From IMG/VR virus record IMGVR_UViG_3300017917_002762, positions 1-64,000 of that record: a DNA stretch of 64,000 nucleotides; one strand, written 5' to 3'. The stretch's first letter is position 1. Every line of letters starts with the position of its first letter. The DNA comes from a virus. A program made the position numbers and the translations under genes. A model generated the notes under the pieces. That model saw only the letters and a program-made list of their open reading frames with translations. It was not told where the DNA came from and did not search any database. Positions 16,266 to 25,032 of this stretch are shown piece after piece.

Positions 16266-16765
16266 TGTCAGTAAACTTTTCTCACGAAAAATCAGTTCTT
16301 TCAGATGCATTAAACCTTTCTAAAAATGATGTTAATTTTGCAAATAATTTATTAATTTATTCTATTATGAATAGACATTATCTTGCAAATATACTTTATG
16401 ATAATGAAAATGAAATTCCTGATAATTTAATTAGTAATACAGGTTCTCTTGAATTTATTTTATCAAATTCTAAAAATGATGAAATGAATTTATATTGTAT
16501 GATTAATTTTCTTAATGTGAAAAAAAGAATAGACAATATGCTTGATTCAGTACAAGATATTGAAAATGTAATTAAAAATTTAGATGATATATTTTCAGAT
16601 AAATATAAAAGTTTAATTTCTGAAGAAAAAAAATTATATGTTGTTATGTTTATGTATATAATAAACAATATTAAAAAATCAAATAATTCTTTTGTTAAAT
16701 TTAATTCTTTAATGACAGATAATAATGATTTTTCAAAAGTAGATGAAATTTTAAATAATTTATAG
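16262..16765 (+). CDS. Hypothetical protein
   Basis: 167 aa ORF. Confidence 0.7.
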   Translation: MMSVNFSHEKSVLSDALNLSKNDVNFANNLLIYSIMNRHYLANILYDNENEIPDNLISNTGSLEFILSNSKNDEMNLYCMINFLNVKKRIDNMLDSVQDIENVIKNLDDIFSDKYKSLISEEKKLYVVMFMYIINNIKKSNNSFVKFNSLMTDNNDFSKVDEILNNL

Positions 16766-16818
16766 CTTTATTATCCATAATAAAAAAAATCAAAATAATT
16801 AATTATTTATATTAAATA

Positions 16819-16826
16819 TATATTTG
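16819..16826 (+). promoter_or_regulatory. Bacteroidota-type -7 promoter box
   Basis: TATATTTG 17 nt upstream of the ATG at 16843. Confidence 0.5.
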
Positions 16827-16842
16827 ATAAAAATAATTAATT

Positions 16843-17094
16843 ATGATTTATCAACTACCAAATAATAAAATAATAGAATTAACAATTGAACAATATTTAG
16901 AAATGACTGATGATGATATTGAGTATTTTATTGCTTATGATATCGGAGATCATGTTGAAAATCCTTTTTATAATTCATTATTAGAAAATAAAATTCCTGA
17001 AAAAGAAATTGAAAATATAATTTATGATGAAATTATAAATGATGATTTATTAAATATTATTGATGATGTTGATTTTATTATTCCTGATGAATAA
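16843..17094 (+). CDS. Conserved acidic hypothetical protein
   Basis: MIYQLPNNKIIELTIEQYLEMTDDDI. Confidence 0.7.
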   Translation: MIYQLPNNKIIELTIEQYLEMTDDDIEYFIAYDIGDHVENPFYNSLLENKIPEKEIENIIYDEIINDDLLNIIDDVDFIIPDE

Positions 17095-17115
17095 TTAAAA
17101 ATCAAATTAAAAAAA

Positions 17116-17595
17116 ATGAATAAAAAAACCAACAAAGTAATCGTTTTAGGTGACGATTTTGGTAATGTAATTACCGCATCACAGAATAATCCAGAGTATG
17201 GATACATTAAATTACAACAAAATGTTTTATTAGTTGACCATAACAATTGGGTGCAACATAAAAAAAGACATTGTATTATCACTGGTAAATTAGAAGATTT
17301 AAAAGCTCTTGATTTTAAAGCAAATCAAGAATTAGAAGGTAAAATTATTGTTAAAGAACAATGTATGCCTTTTTCTGAGTATAATTCAGAAAAAGAACTT
17401 AAAATGGCAGGTAATACAAATGTAGTTTGTAGAATAGATGATCAACCAATCTATAGAAAAGCATTTTTTACAACAAATCTTAATGAGCAAGATATTCTTT
17501 TAGAACATACTAATAGAGAAGAAATTAAAGAAGCTTTAGAAGATTTAAAAAATGTAGAAAAAATTATTAACGAAACAGTTAACCTTAATAATTAA
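17116..17595 (+). CDS. Conserved hypothetical protein (possibly OB-fold)
   Basis: 159 aa ORF with a beta-rich pattern. Confidence 0.75.
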   Translation: MNKKTNKVIVLGDDFGNVITASQNNPEYGYIKLQQNVLLVDHNNWVQHKKRHCIITGKLEDLKALDFKANQELEGKIIVKEQCMPFSEYNSEKELKMAGNTNVVCRIDDQPIYRKAFFTTNLNEQDILLEHTNREEIKEALEDLKNVEKIINETVNLNN

Positions 17596-17624
17596 ACTTA
17601 TTTTTAACAATTAAATTTATTATA

Positions 17625-18140
17625 ATGATTAATTACAATAAAGTAATAACAGCATCTCATAAAGGTATTTATGTTAAACAAAACAACGTAACCGATTTGA
17701 AATTTATTAATTATGAAAAAAATGATGTAATAGAAAAAAAAGTCATTAATAATAAATTTATTGATAACAAAGGTTTTAATTTAAATCTTAAGCAAGTAAA
17801 ATTATATAGACTTGCTGTATATGGTCTTAAAGCTTTAACAGAAGAAGAATTAAATAATATTTCTTATCAAGATTTAAAAAAAATTGAATTACTTCAAAAA
17901 AAAAGTCAAGTTTATTTAAACAGATTAAAACAACAAAAGACTAATATTTTTGTAGATAATTTTTTAAAATCATTATTTCCAAATTCAAAAATAATTAATG
18001 AATTTAGTAATGATTCTTTAGCTACTGATGATAGTATTATTAATAATTTTGATTTTAAAGATTTAAAAATATCTAGAGCAGATATTATTAATAAACTTAT
18101 AGAGCATAACTGCCTTCCTAAGAATTTTTACAACCTATGA
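17625..18140 (+). CDS. Hypothetical protein
   Basis: 171 aa ORF. Confidence 0.7.
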   Translation: MINYNKVITASHKGIYVKQNNVTDLKFINYEKNDVIEKKVINNKFIDNKGFNLNLKQVKLYRLAVYGLKALTEEELNNISYQDLKKIELLQKKSQVYLNRLKQQKTNIFVDNFLKSLFPNSKIINEFSNDSLATDDSIINNFDFKDLKISRADIINKLIEHNCLPKNFYNL

Positions 18141-18520
18141 AACAATGTAGTGGTTGTAATTTAACTAAAGTTATATGGAAAAGTGTTGGTAAAAACACTA
18201 AATATTGCAAAGCATGTTGGTTTAAATTAAATAAACCTAAAGCTATATCACCTATTTCTAAAAAAAGAAAGAATGATACAGATGAATATTTAAAAAAAAG
18301 AGATGTTTTTTTAAATTTAAACCAACATTGCCAAGCAAAATTGTTAAACTGTACATTAATTAGTACTGATGTTCATCATCTTTATTCAGGTAAAGATAGA
18401 AATAAGTATTATTTAGATGAAACAACTTGGAAAGCAGTTTGTAGAAATTGTCATAATTATATTCATGATAAATTATCAAAAGAAGATGCAATTAATTTAA
18501 ATTTAAAATTAATAGAATGA
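18137..18520 (+). CDS. HNH-like / NinG-like nuclease with Zn fingers
   Basis: CSGC...CKAC N-terminus; CQAK...DVHH...AVCRNCHNYIH. Confidence 0.65.
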   Translation: MKQCSGCNLTKVIWKSVGKNTKYCKACWFKLNKPKAISPISKKRKNDTDEYLKKRDVFLNLNQHCQAKLLNCTLISTDVHHLYSGKDRNKYYLDETTWKAVCRNCHNYIHDKLSKEDAINLNLKLIE

Positions 18521-18774
18521 TAAAATTAACTAAAAAAACTTTAATACAAGGTAATGGTATGCATCAACATACACTTTATGGAAATTTTGAATTTAATGAA
18601 TCAGAATTTTCTAAATTAAATGTTACTAAAAATAGTATATTAAGACATGAAACACCCGATGGTTCATTTTCAAATGAACATGAACCTTTACAAGTAGAAA
18701 AAGGTAAATGGGTTATGGGAAAACAAGTTGAATACAACCCATTTGATAAAACAATAAGTATGATTTGGGATTAA
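18517..18774 (+). CDS. Small beta-rich His-containing protein
   Basis: LIQGNGMHQH...LRHE...EHEPL...QVEYNP. Confidence 0.7.
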   Translation: MIKLTKKTLIQGNGMHQHTLYGNFEFNESEFSKLNVTKNSILRHETPDGSFSNEHEPLQVEKGKWVMGKQVEYNPFDKTISMIWD

Positions 18775-18796
18775 AAAATATTTAAAATAATTTAAA

Positions 18797-19192
18797 ATGA
18801 ATCCTTTAATACATGCAAAAAGCTCTGTAAAAAGATGGGGCGGTAAAATTTCTGATTATATTGAATTACATGAATTATTAGATAGTCCTAAAGTTGCTAT
18901 GAATAATAACACTTCAAGATTACTTACTCATAATACATGGTTTGCATATCATATTATGCCTAAAATATTTGGATATAATATAATAAATTCAAATGGTAAA
19001 TCTGTAGATGTAGTAGATATTGCTATGTTACATATTGCAGAAGATTTTAGAATGAAATTTGTTCCAACACCTCAAGATTATTTAAAACATTTGCAACTCC
19101 AACCATGGATGAATAATGGAGTAAAACAACTTGATAACTCTGAAGGATACGAAATTGTTAAAAATTTAAATGAAAAAATACATGCAGATTAA
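18797..19192 (+). CDS. His-rich conserved protein (DUF6915-like)
   Basis: NPLIHAKSSVKRWGG...LHELLD...LTHN...HIAEDF; family name recalled from memory. Confidence 0.6.
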   Translation: MNPLIHAKSSVKRWGGKISDYIELHELLDSPKVAMNNNTSRLLTHNTWFAYHIMPKIFGYNIINSNGKSVDVVDIAMLHIAEDFRMKFVPTPQDYLKHLQLQPWMNNGVKQLDNSEGYEIVKNLNEKIHAD

Positions 19193-19811
19193 TGAATTAA
19201 TTAAAATTTGGAAAGATCACAATATTTCAATTTGTATAATGGAATTTAGTTGTGGTGGAGATAGTATGAATGATTATAATTTTAAATTTTATGATAAAAA
19301 TAATGAAGAAATTATTTGTTCAGAATTAGAAGATTATTTTCAAAATAGTGTTTTTGATAATATTACTTTTTATGAAGCTTCTGACGGACATTATCAAGGA
19401 GAATTTGGAACTGTAGAAATTACATTAAATGAAGATGAATCAGATTTTTATTATGATAAATATTCTAAATCTGAATTTAATGAATCTACAACCAATGATA
19501 TATATATAGATTTAACAAAAGAAGAACTTGATTTTGTTAATGATTATGTACTTAATATTAATGGTGGTAGTGATACTGATAATATGATTGTAAATTATAA
19601 AAAAGATTTTATATTAAGTAATAAACTTGCAGAAATTAAAGAAAATATAAAATCAAAAATTAATAATGTTACATCTAAATATATACCAGATAATATTGAA
19701 GAAGAAATAAATGATTATTATAATTTTACAACTAATAATATTGAAATTATAAATCATCAATTAAAAATAGAAATAACAAATTCATACACATCTATTGTAG
19801 AAAGCGACTAA
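19182..19811 (+). CDS. Acidic conserved protein (DUF6878-like)
   Basis: EFSCGGDSM motif; ATG at 19182 preferred over the track start at 19170. Confidence 0.55.
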   Translation: MQINELIKIWKDHNISICIMEFSCGGDSMNDYNFKFYDKNNEEIICSELEDYFQNSVFDNITFYEASDGHYQGEFGTVEITLNEDESDFYYDKYSKSEFNESTTNDIYIDLTKEELDFVNDYVLNINGGSDTDNMIVNYKKDFILSNKLAEIKENIKSKINNVTSKYIPDNIEEEINDYYNFTTNNIEIINHQLKIEITNSYTSIVESD

Positions 19812-19823
19812 AAAATATATAAA

Positions 19824-20510
19824 ATGAATATTGTAATATCAAATATAGAATTTGAGTTTAATTTAGGTTGTAAAATACTTAAAATAAAACATAAAGAATG
19901 TCCATATAAAGAACTTGAAGATATTTGGGATAGTATAGAACCAATTACTTTTAAAGAAATTGCAGAATTAAAAAATATAGAACATCGTAGAGTTGCTTTT
20001 TTATCATATGGATTAGATAATTTAATAAAAGAAGTTGATCCAGTTTTAGTAAATAAAAAAATTATTAATAAAACTACTACATGGCTTGATAATAATAATA
20101 ATCCAATAACAAAAACTTTTGAAGATGTTTATGAATTATATCAAGTTAATGGTTCATATTTTGGTAAAACTCAATGGGGTAGATTTGCTGATGATGTATA
20201 TTATATAAAATGTAAAGATACAAGTACAAATAGAGAATACATGATCTGGGTTGATGTTAATAATGTATATAGAACTAAATATCCAGAAGATAAAATATGG
20301 AGTTTTGATTCTATTAATATTAATAAAATTGATGCAATAGATTGTATTGCTTGGACAATTCAAACTGATGTACCTAAAGAAAATATTAATAAAATTATTC
20401 GTCAAGGTGATTGTATATTAATAAATACAAAAAATAAATATACACCATTAGTAACACCAAGACACTTAACTTCGCAAGAATATTTAAATTTATTAGTTGC
20501 AGAAAGTTAA
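19824..20510 (+). CDS. Conserved protein (DUF6745-like)
   Basis: NIEHRRVA...CKDTSTNREY.IWV...AIDCIAWT...IIRQGD. Confidence 0.6.
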   Translation: MNIVISNIEFEFNLGCKILKIKHKECPYKELEDIWDSIEPITFKEIAELKNIEHRRVAFLSYGLDNLIKEVDPVLVNKKIINKTTTWLDNNNNPITKTFEDVYELYQVNGSYFGKTQWGRFADDVYYIKCKDTSTNREYMIWVDVNNVYRTKYPEDKIWSFDSININKIDAIDCIAWTIQTDVPKENINKIIRQGDCILINTKNKYTPLVTPRHLTSQEYLNLLVAES

Positions 20511-20531
20511 AATAATTATAAGTTTATTTAT

Positions 20532-20573
20532 AAACCGACATTTTAAATTTATTTTTTAGAATGTCGGTTTTTT
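20532..20573 (+). terminator. Intrinsic terminator
   Basis: aaaccgacatt/aatgtcggttt stem followed by a T-run. Confidence 0.7.
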
Positions 20574-20682
20574 ATTTAACTAATTTTAAAATTAAAACTT
20601 GATATATGACACTACTAGAAGAAAAGTAAAGAAGAAGCAGAAAAATATATTTGTGAACAAAAATTACCTAAAATAACAATTT

Positions 20683-21027
20683 ATGAAATTAACTAAAGAA
20701 ATTATTTATTTAAGTTTAAAAGATGATCATAATCATCTTTTAAATATTATAGATGTAGAAAAAATGGTATATGTTGAATATGATTTTTTTGTAAGTAAAA
20801 TAGATGTTTATTTTAAATCTGAACAATTTGTATTTACATCAGAACAACTTAACGAATACACTCAAAATGTAATTAAACAAGCACTTGAAACTGCTGCTGA
20901 AAATGCTACTGTTACACCAATAGATCATGAAGAAATATCAGAAGGTTCTTTTAGACCAATTTGGGGAGTAGACAATGATTCAATAACAAACACATTTGAA
21001 GAAACATTTAAAAAATTTAAAATATGA
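20683..21027 (+). CDS. Hypothetical protein
   Basis: 114 aa ORF. Confidence 0.65.
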   Translation: MKLTKEIIYLSLKDDHNHLLNIIDVEKMVYVEYDFFVSKIDVYFKSEQFVFTSEQLNEYTQNVIKQALETAAENATVTPIDHEEISEGSFRPIWGVDNDSITNTFEETFKKFKI

Positions 21028-21212
21028 AAATAATTTTATTTTTATTATGTTTGTTAACATTAAGTTGTGAAAATAAAAATATTCAATTAAATAATAATAA
21101 AATTAATGATACAACAACATTATGTGATGGACATCTTTATTATTATATATCTACACATTCTGGTAAGCAACCTATACATTCACAATATTGTAAATGTTTT
21201 AAAAAAATTTAA
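21024..21212 (+). CDS. Small lipoprotein
   Basis: Signal peptide with lipobox LTLSC. Confidence 0.6.
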   Translation: MKIILFLLCLLTLSCENKNIQLNNNKINDTTTLCDGHLYYYISTHSGKQPIHSQYCKCFKKI

Positions 21213-21215
21213 AAT

Positions 21216-21425
21216 ATGACACAAGAAAAAATAAATCAAATGATTTTAAATGGAGAATCTATAAATAATATTATAGAAGCTCAATTAAAATTAAAATCTG
21301 ATAGACAAATTATTTATGATGAAATTCTTAAAGAGAATAAAATTCACAATAAAAAATTTTCAGAACATGAAATATCAATTCCTATGATTATTTTTAATAA
21401 AATATTTGAAAATTTAGATAAATGA
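21216..21425 (+). CDS. Hypothetical protein
   Basis: 69 aa ORF. Confidence 0.55.
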   Translation: MTQEKINQMILNGESINNIIEAQLKLKSDRQIIYDEILKENKIHNKKFSEHEISIPMIIFNKIFENLDK

Positions 21426-21817
21426 TGGAAAAAGAATTTGTACCGTATGATGAGTCATTAGAACTCAAAACATTTGGATTTGATGAACCTTGTGTCTATT
21501 ATATAGACAAGGATAATAATAGTTATATCTATAACTTTCAAACCCATCCTGATGAATTTATTGAAGGGTGTGGTGTAAATGTAATTCCTACACCAACATT
21601 CTCACAAGCGTTTAGATGGTTTAGAGAGAAGTATAATTTAGAAGGTTATCCTATATGTGTTCGAATTGATTCTAAAAGATTAAAAGCTTATCAATATGTT
21701 ATTATATCAAATAATTATCAATCATTTCAACAATTAGGAGACTATAGTACTTACGAAGAAGCAGAATTAGCTTGTTTAAAAAAATTAATTAGTATTGTTA
21801 AAAAAAATAAGTTATGA
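21422..21817 (+). CDS. Hypothetical protein, paralog A (KEFVPY...PTFSQAFRWFREKY...YEEAELACLKKLI family)
   Basis: Three blocks shared with 21814..22263. Confidence 0.85.
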   Translation: MMEKEFVPYDESLELKTFGFDEPCVYYIDKDNNSYIYNFQTHPDEFIEGCGVNVIPTPTFSQAFRWFREKYNLEGYPICVRIDSKRLKAYQYVIISNNYQSFQQLGDYSTYEEAELACLKKLISIVKKNKL

Positions 21818-22263
21818 TAGAAAAAGAATTTGTACCATATCAAGAATCACTTGAACTAAAAGAATTAGGATTTGATGAACCATGTTTAAAGGTGGGTAAT
21901 CCTAATGGTTGTATTATGTGGAAATGGATTGAAGTTGATGGTGATCCACCAACTGTAAATATTAATGATGTTATTGAAGTTTCTTATGATGATAAATGGA
22001 TACAAATACCAACATTCTCACAAGCATTTAGATGGTTTAGAGAAAAGTATGATATCCATTATAGCATCGATAGAGAATGTTCACAACACGACTTTAAGTG
22101 GGGGTATAATTGGTCTCTTTATAACTATACAGGAATATTTGACGAGTTTTTAACATCACACCCTGATGCACCTGCTGGAGAATGGGTATATAATACCTAC
22201 GAAGAAGCAGAACTTGCTTGTCTCAAGAAGCTAATTGAAATCATTAAAAACAATAAAAAATGA
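21814..22263 (+). CDS. Hypothetical protein, paralog B of the same family
   Basis: 22009-22050 matches 21593-21634 at 40 of 42 nt. Confidence 0.85.
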   Translation: MIEKEFVPYQESLELKELGFDEPCLKVGNPNGCIMWKWIEVDGDPPTVNINDVIEVSYDDKWIQIPTFSQAFRWFREKYDIHYSIDRECSQHDFKWGYNWSLYNYTGIFDEFLTSHPDAPAGEWVYNTYEEAELACLKKLIEIIKNNKK

Positions 22264-22745
22264 CATCAATAGAATGGTTAGTAAGTAGAATATATGTATT
22301 AATTCCAGATGATATAGGTAGTCAATTAATGTTTAAAAGTAACATTAAAAAAGCCAAAGAAATGGATAAAAAGCAAATGATTAAATTTACAAATGATTAT
22401 TTAGATGATGATCGTGATATGACTGCTGAACAATATTACAATACTATTTTTGAAAATAAAGAAAATCAAAAACAACTCGTTGTAGAAATAATGGAAGAAG
22501 ATTCTAAAGATGGTTTATATGATACTTCTTTACAAGAATGTGTTAATTGTAATGAACAAAAAAAAGTTCATTCAATGTGTTTAGATTGTTGTATTAAACT
22601 TGGTAATCAAAATCAAACAGAAATATCAGATGAGGAGATAGAAAAAATAATAAATCCAAATAAATTAGATAAAATACCTGAATCTTGGAAATCATTTATT
22701 GATGGTGCTAAATGGTATCGTGAACAATTAAAACAAAAACAATGA
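22260..22745 (+). CDS. Mosaic hypothetical protein
   Basis: 161 aa ORF with a CxxC...CxxC segment. Confidence 0.65.
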   Translation: MTSIEWLVSRIYVLIPDDIGSQLMFKSNIKKAKEMDKKQMIKFTNDYLDDDRDMTAEQYYNTIFENKENQKQLVVEIMEEDSKDGLYDTSLQECVNCNEQKKVHSMCLDCCIKLGNQNQTEISDEEIEKIINPNKLDKIPESWKSFIDGAKWYREQLKQKQ

Positions 22746-22957
22746 AAAAATTACTAATAGTAACATTATTCATTACTTCATGTCGTGAACCTAATGTACC
22801 TAAATCAAGTACAAAGTATAGAATAAGTATGGATACTGAGTTATCGATACTTGAACTTGAGGGATGTGAGTATTATTATATTGAAAATGACTATAGTACC
22901 ATAATTGATATGGAACATAAAGGTAATTGTAAAAATATTATACATAAAAATAAATAA
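22742..22957 (+). CDS. Small lipoprotein
   Basis: Lipobox FITSC; C-terminal EGCEY...HKGNCKN. Confidence 0.65.
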   Translation: MKKLLIVTLFITSCREPNVPKSSTKYRISMDTELSILELEGCEYYYIENDYSTIIDMEHKGNCKNIIHKNK

Positions 22958-22962
22958 AATTT

Positions 22963-23005
22963 AAAAAAGAATCAAGATTTGTTTAAAGTCCTGGTTCTTT
23001 TTTTT
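22963..23005 (+). terminator. Probable terminator
   Basis: aaagaatcaaga/tcctggttcttt stem followed by a T-run. Confidence 0.55.
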
Positions 23006-23036
23006 ATTTTTAGATATAATAAAAAAAATAAAAACA

Positions 23037-23270
23037 ATGGGTATAATTAAAATTAAAAAATGTATTGAAACAATAGATAATTGGGGTAATGTTGAAGTTT
23101 ATAAAGATGATAATCTATATAAATTATTAATTACTCCAGAAGATTGGACAGATGACCAAGTCTTTATCGGTGAAGGTTATGATGAAGGTAGTTATTATAT
23201 TGATGATTTAATAGGAAAACAAGTGCAAGTTGGCCCATTTATATTTAAAATACAAGAATATAATCTTTAA
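23037..23270 (+). CDS. Hypothetical protein
   Basis: 77 aa ORF. Confidence 0.65.
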   Translation: MGIIKIKKCIETIDNWGNVEVYKDDNLYKLLITPEDWTDDQVFIGEGYDEGSYYIDDLIGKQVQVGPFIFKIQEYNL

Positions 23271-23292
23271 TATTTCAAAAACTAAAAAAATT

Positions 23293-23508
23293 ATGATACT
23301 AACAGCAGAAAAATTATTTATTAGTGTTGTAGGAAAAAATCCTGATGAATTTAATGGTTATATTAAAGAATGTATGATTGAATTTGCTAAACTTCATGTG
23401 GAAGCAACTTTAGAAAGTGCTGCTAAAAACACAAAAGAATGGCATGGAAATCATGGTATGCTTAAACAATCAATTTTAAATGCTTATCCATTAACTAATA
23501 TTAAGTAA
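23293..23508 (+). CDS. Hypothetical protein
   Basis: ATG at 23293 preferred over the track start at 23230. Confidence 0.6.
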   Translation: MILTAEKLFISVVGKNPDEFNGYIKECMIEFAKLHVEATLESAAKNTKEWHGNHGMLKQSILNAYPLTNIK

Positions 23509-23624
23509 TATAAATAAAATATCAGATAAAATAAACTATTAACTGTAAAAGAGTAATTAACAAAGAATGCCCTGCTTTTAGCAATACCTTGTTAGGTGCA
23601 GTGCTTCTCACAAAAATTGAAAAG

Positions 23625-23801
23625 ATGAATAAAATATTAATATGCTTGTTATTGCAAATCGTTCTTTTTATACCGTTCTATCTGATTTGGAGGAACGATT
23701 GTAAGAAAATAGGGAAAGACAATTTGGCTGTCAGTTTACAAGAACGATTTTTGTACTGGTTAATATTTTGTCCAATTTGGCTTGCAGGTGTATTGGATTA
23801 G
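23625..23801 (+). CDS. Cassette 1: small two-TM membrane protein (58 aa)
   Basis: Two hydrophobic segments; the stop codon overlaps the AAC box. Confidence 0.7.
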   Translation: MNKILICLLLQIVLFIPFYLIWRNDCKKIGKDNLAVSLQERFLYWLIFCPIWLAGVLD

Positions 23802-23805
23802 CATT

Positions 23806-23864
23806 GCACCTAACGTTTTGCAGCTATGCGCTCGTTTTAATGGCGCATAGGTGCTGTTATACGC
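23806..23864. repeat. attC-like site 1
   Basis: TAAC-GTTTTGCAG-CTATGCGC...GCGCATAG-GTGCT-GTTA. Confidence 0.75.
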
Positions 23865-23892
23865 TGATTTTTTAACCATTTAAATAAACAAA

Positions 23893-24300
23893 ATGAAAGT
23901 ATTTGTAGCAGAAAAAAGAGAAAAAGGGAACATTTCACCTACTGATTACCACTGGTGCGATGATAATGACTTGCTTATGTTTGGACAATTTCAATTAGGG
24001 AATGGAAACCCATCAGAAGTGTCAATGTGTGGAATCCAAAGCCGAAAATTCACAACCCATATTCTTGTGAAGGATATGAATATTGATACGGACTTTTACA
24101 AAGAATTGCTGACAGAAAGCGTAGAAAAAGCAATGGGTTGTGAAATTGACAGAAATGGCAACTATGAAATTGAAATGGGTTTCTCGCACCATTTTAACAT
24201 CAATGATATTATGAACGAACTTTTAGAAAAAGCAAGTCATTTTAAAGATGGGCAAAAGGTTAAATGTTTTGGTAGAACATTGACGGCTGTTGATGGTTAA
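23893..24300 (+). CDS. Cassette 2: hypothetical protein (135 aa)
   Basis: ORF track; codon usage visibly more GC-rich than the backbone. Confidence 0.8.
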   Translation: MKVFVAEKREKGNISPTDYHWCDDNDLLMFGQFQLGNGNPSEVSMCGIQSRKFTTHILVKDMNIDTDFYKELLTESVEKAMGCEIDRNGNYEIEMGFSHHFNINDIMNELLEKASHFKDGQKVKCFGRTLTAVDG

Positions 24301-24307
24301 AAAATTT

Positions 24308-24443
24308 GCGTATAACGTATCGGTGCTATACGATGTGGCGGATTTTCAGCAGAAAGCCCAATACGAAGCACCAAAGTTGAATTAAAAATAAATGTTTAAC
24401 CAAAGCACGTCAGCCGTCATATTGTATAGCACTTGTTAGCGGT
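24308..24443. repeat. attC-like site 2
   Basis: TAAC-GTATCGGTG-CTATAC...GTATAG-CACTT-GTTA; stem 24323-24341/24414-24432. Confidence 0.75.
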
Positions 24444-24467
24444 TCGTGCTTCTCAAATCTCAATAAA

Positions 24468-24647
24468 ATGACAGGTAAAGAAGCAATAAAAAAAGCCATT
24501 GAATTGGTTGAAAAAGAAAAAATGATGCGTTACGATAGTCGTAAAGGCAAAACAGATAGACAAAGGTATGCCATTGATGCAGTGGTTTCAACCTTAGTCA
24601 ATGTCCAAATAATGTTGCAAAATCTTGATAAGCAGGTTGTCGAATAG
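24468..24647 (+). CDS. Cassette 3: helical hypothetical protein (59 aa, absent from the ORF track)
   Basis: Hand translation MTGKEAIKKAIELVEK...LDKQVVE. Confidence 0.7.
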   Translation: MTGKEAIKKAIELVEKEKMMRYDSRKGKTDRQRYAIDAVVSTLVNVQIMLQNLDKQVVE

Positions 24648-24693
24648 CATGACCGCTAACATCTAAATAAACGAAACTTTTACCAATATAAAA

Positions 24694-24984
24694 ATGAATC
24701 AAGAATATGTAATAATCAACAAGACAGCTATTCAAAAAAGAATAGAGGAATGGGAGTCTGAATTATTAGAATGTTACAAAGCACCTGTTGGAGAATTTAA
24801 TTCTGATTATGTTTCTACTTTACAGCAAGCTATTGCAACAGCCAGAGATGTATTATCCCTATCAACCCCTTTAATTCCTGAAATTGAAAAGGCTTATAAT
24901 GCAGGTAAATTACATAATGAATTATCTATTACATTTGATAATCCACAAGGAAGATACATCTCAAATTTAAAACTTGATATATGA
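24694..24984 (+). CDS. Hypothetical protein
   Basis: 96 aa ORF ending LKLDI. Confidence 0.7.
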   Translation: MNQEYVIINKTAIQKRIEEWESELLECYKAPVGEFNSDYVSTLQQAIATARDVLSLSTPLIPEIEKAYNAGKLHNELSITFDNPQGRYISNLKLDI

Positions 24985-25032
24985 CACTAGCTTGTTTAAG
25001 AAAACTAATTGAAATAGTTAAAAAAATCAAAA

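Larger units (their letters stand above)
23591..24677 (+). mobile_element. Integron-like gene cassette array 1 (three cassettes, two full attC-like sites)
   Basis: Each ORF is bracketed by complementary GTT.../...AAC boxes: 23591-23604 vs 23801-23814, 23856-23864 vs 24308-24316, and 24435-24443 vs 24652-24660. Confidence 0.75.

Noticed and set aside
21422-22263. Diversity-generating retroelement TR/VR pair
   Set aside because: No reverse transcriptase or Avd is in the window, both copies are intact ORFs, and mismatches in the N- and C-blocks are not adenine-specific
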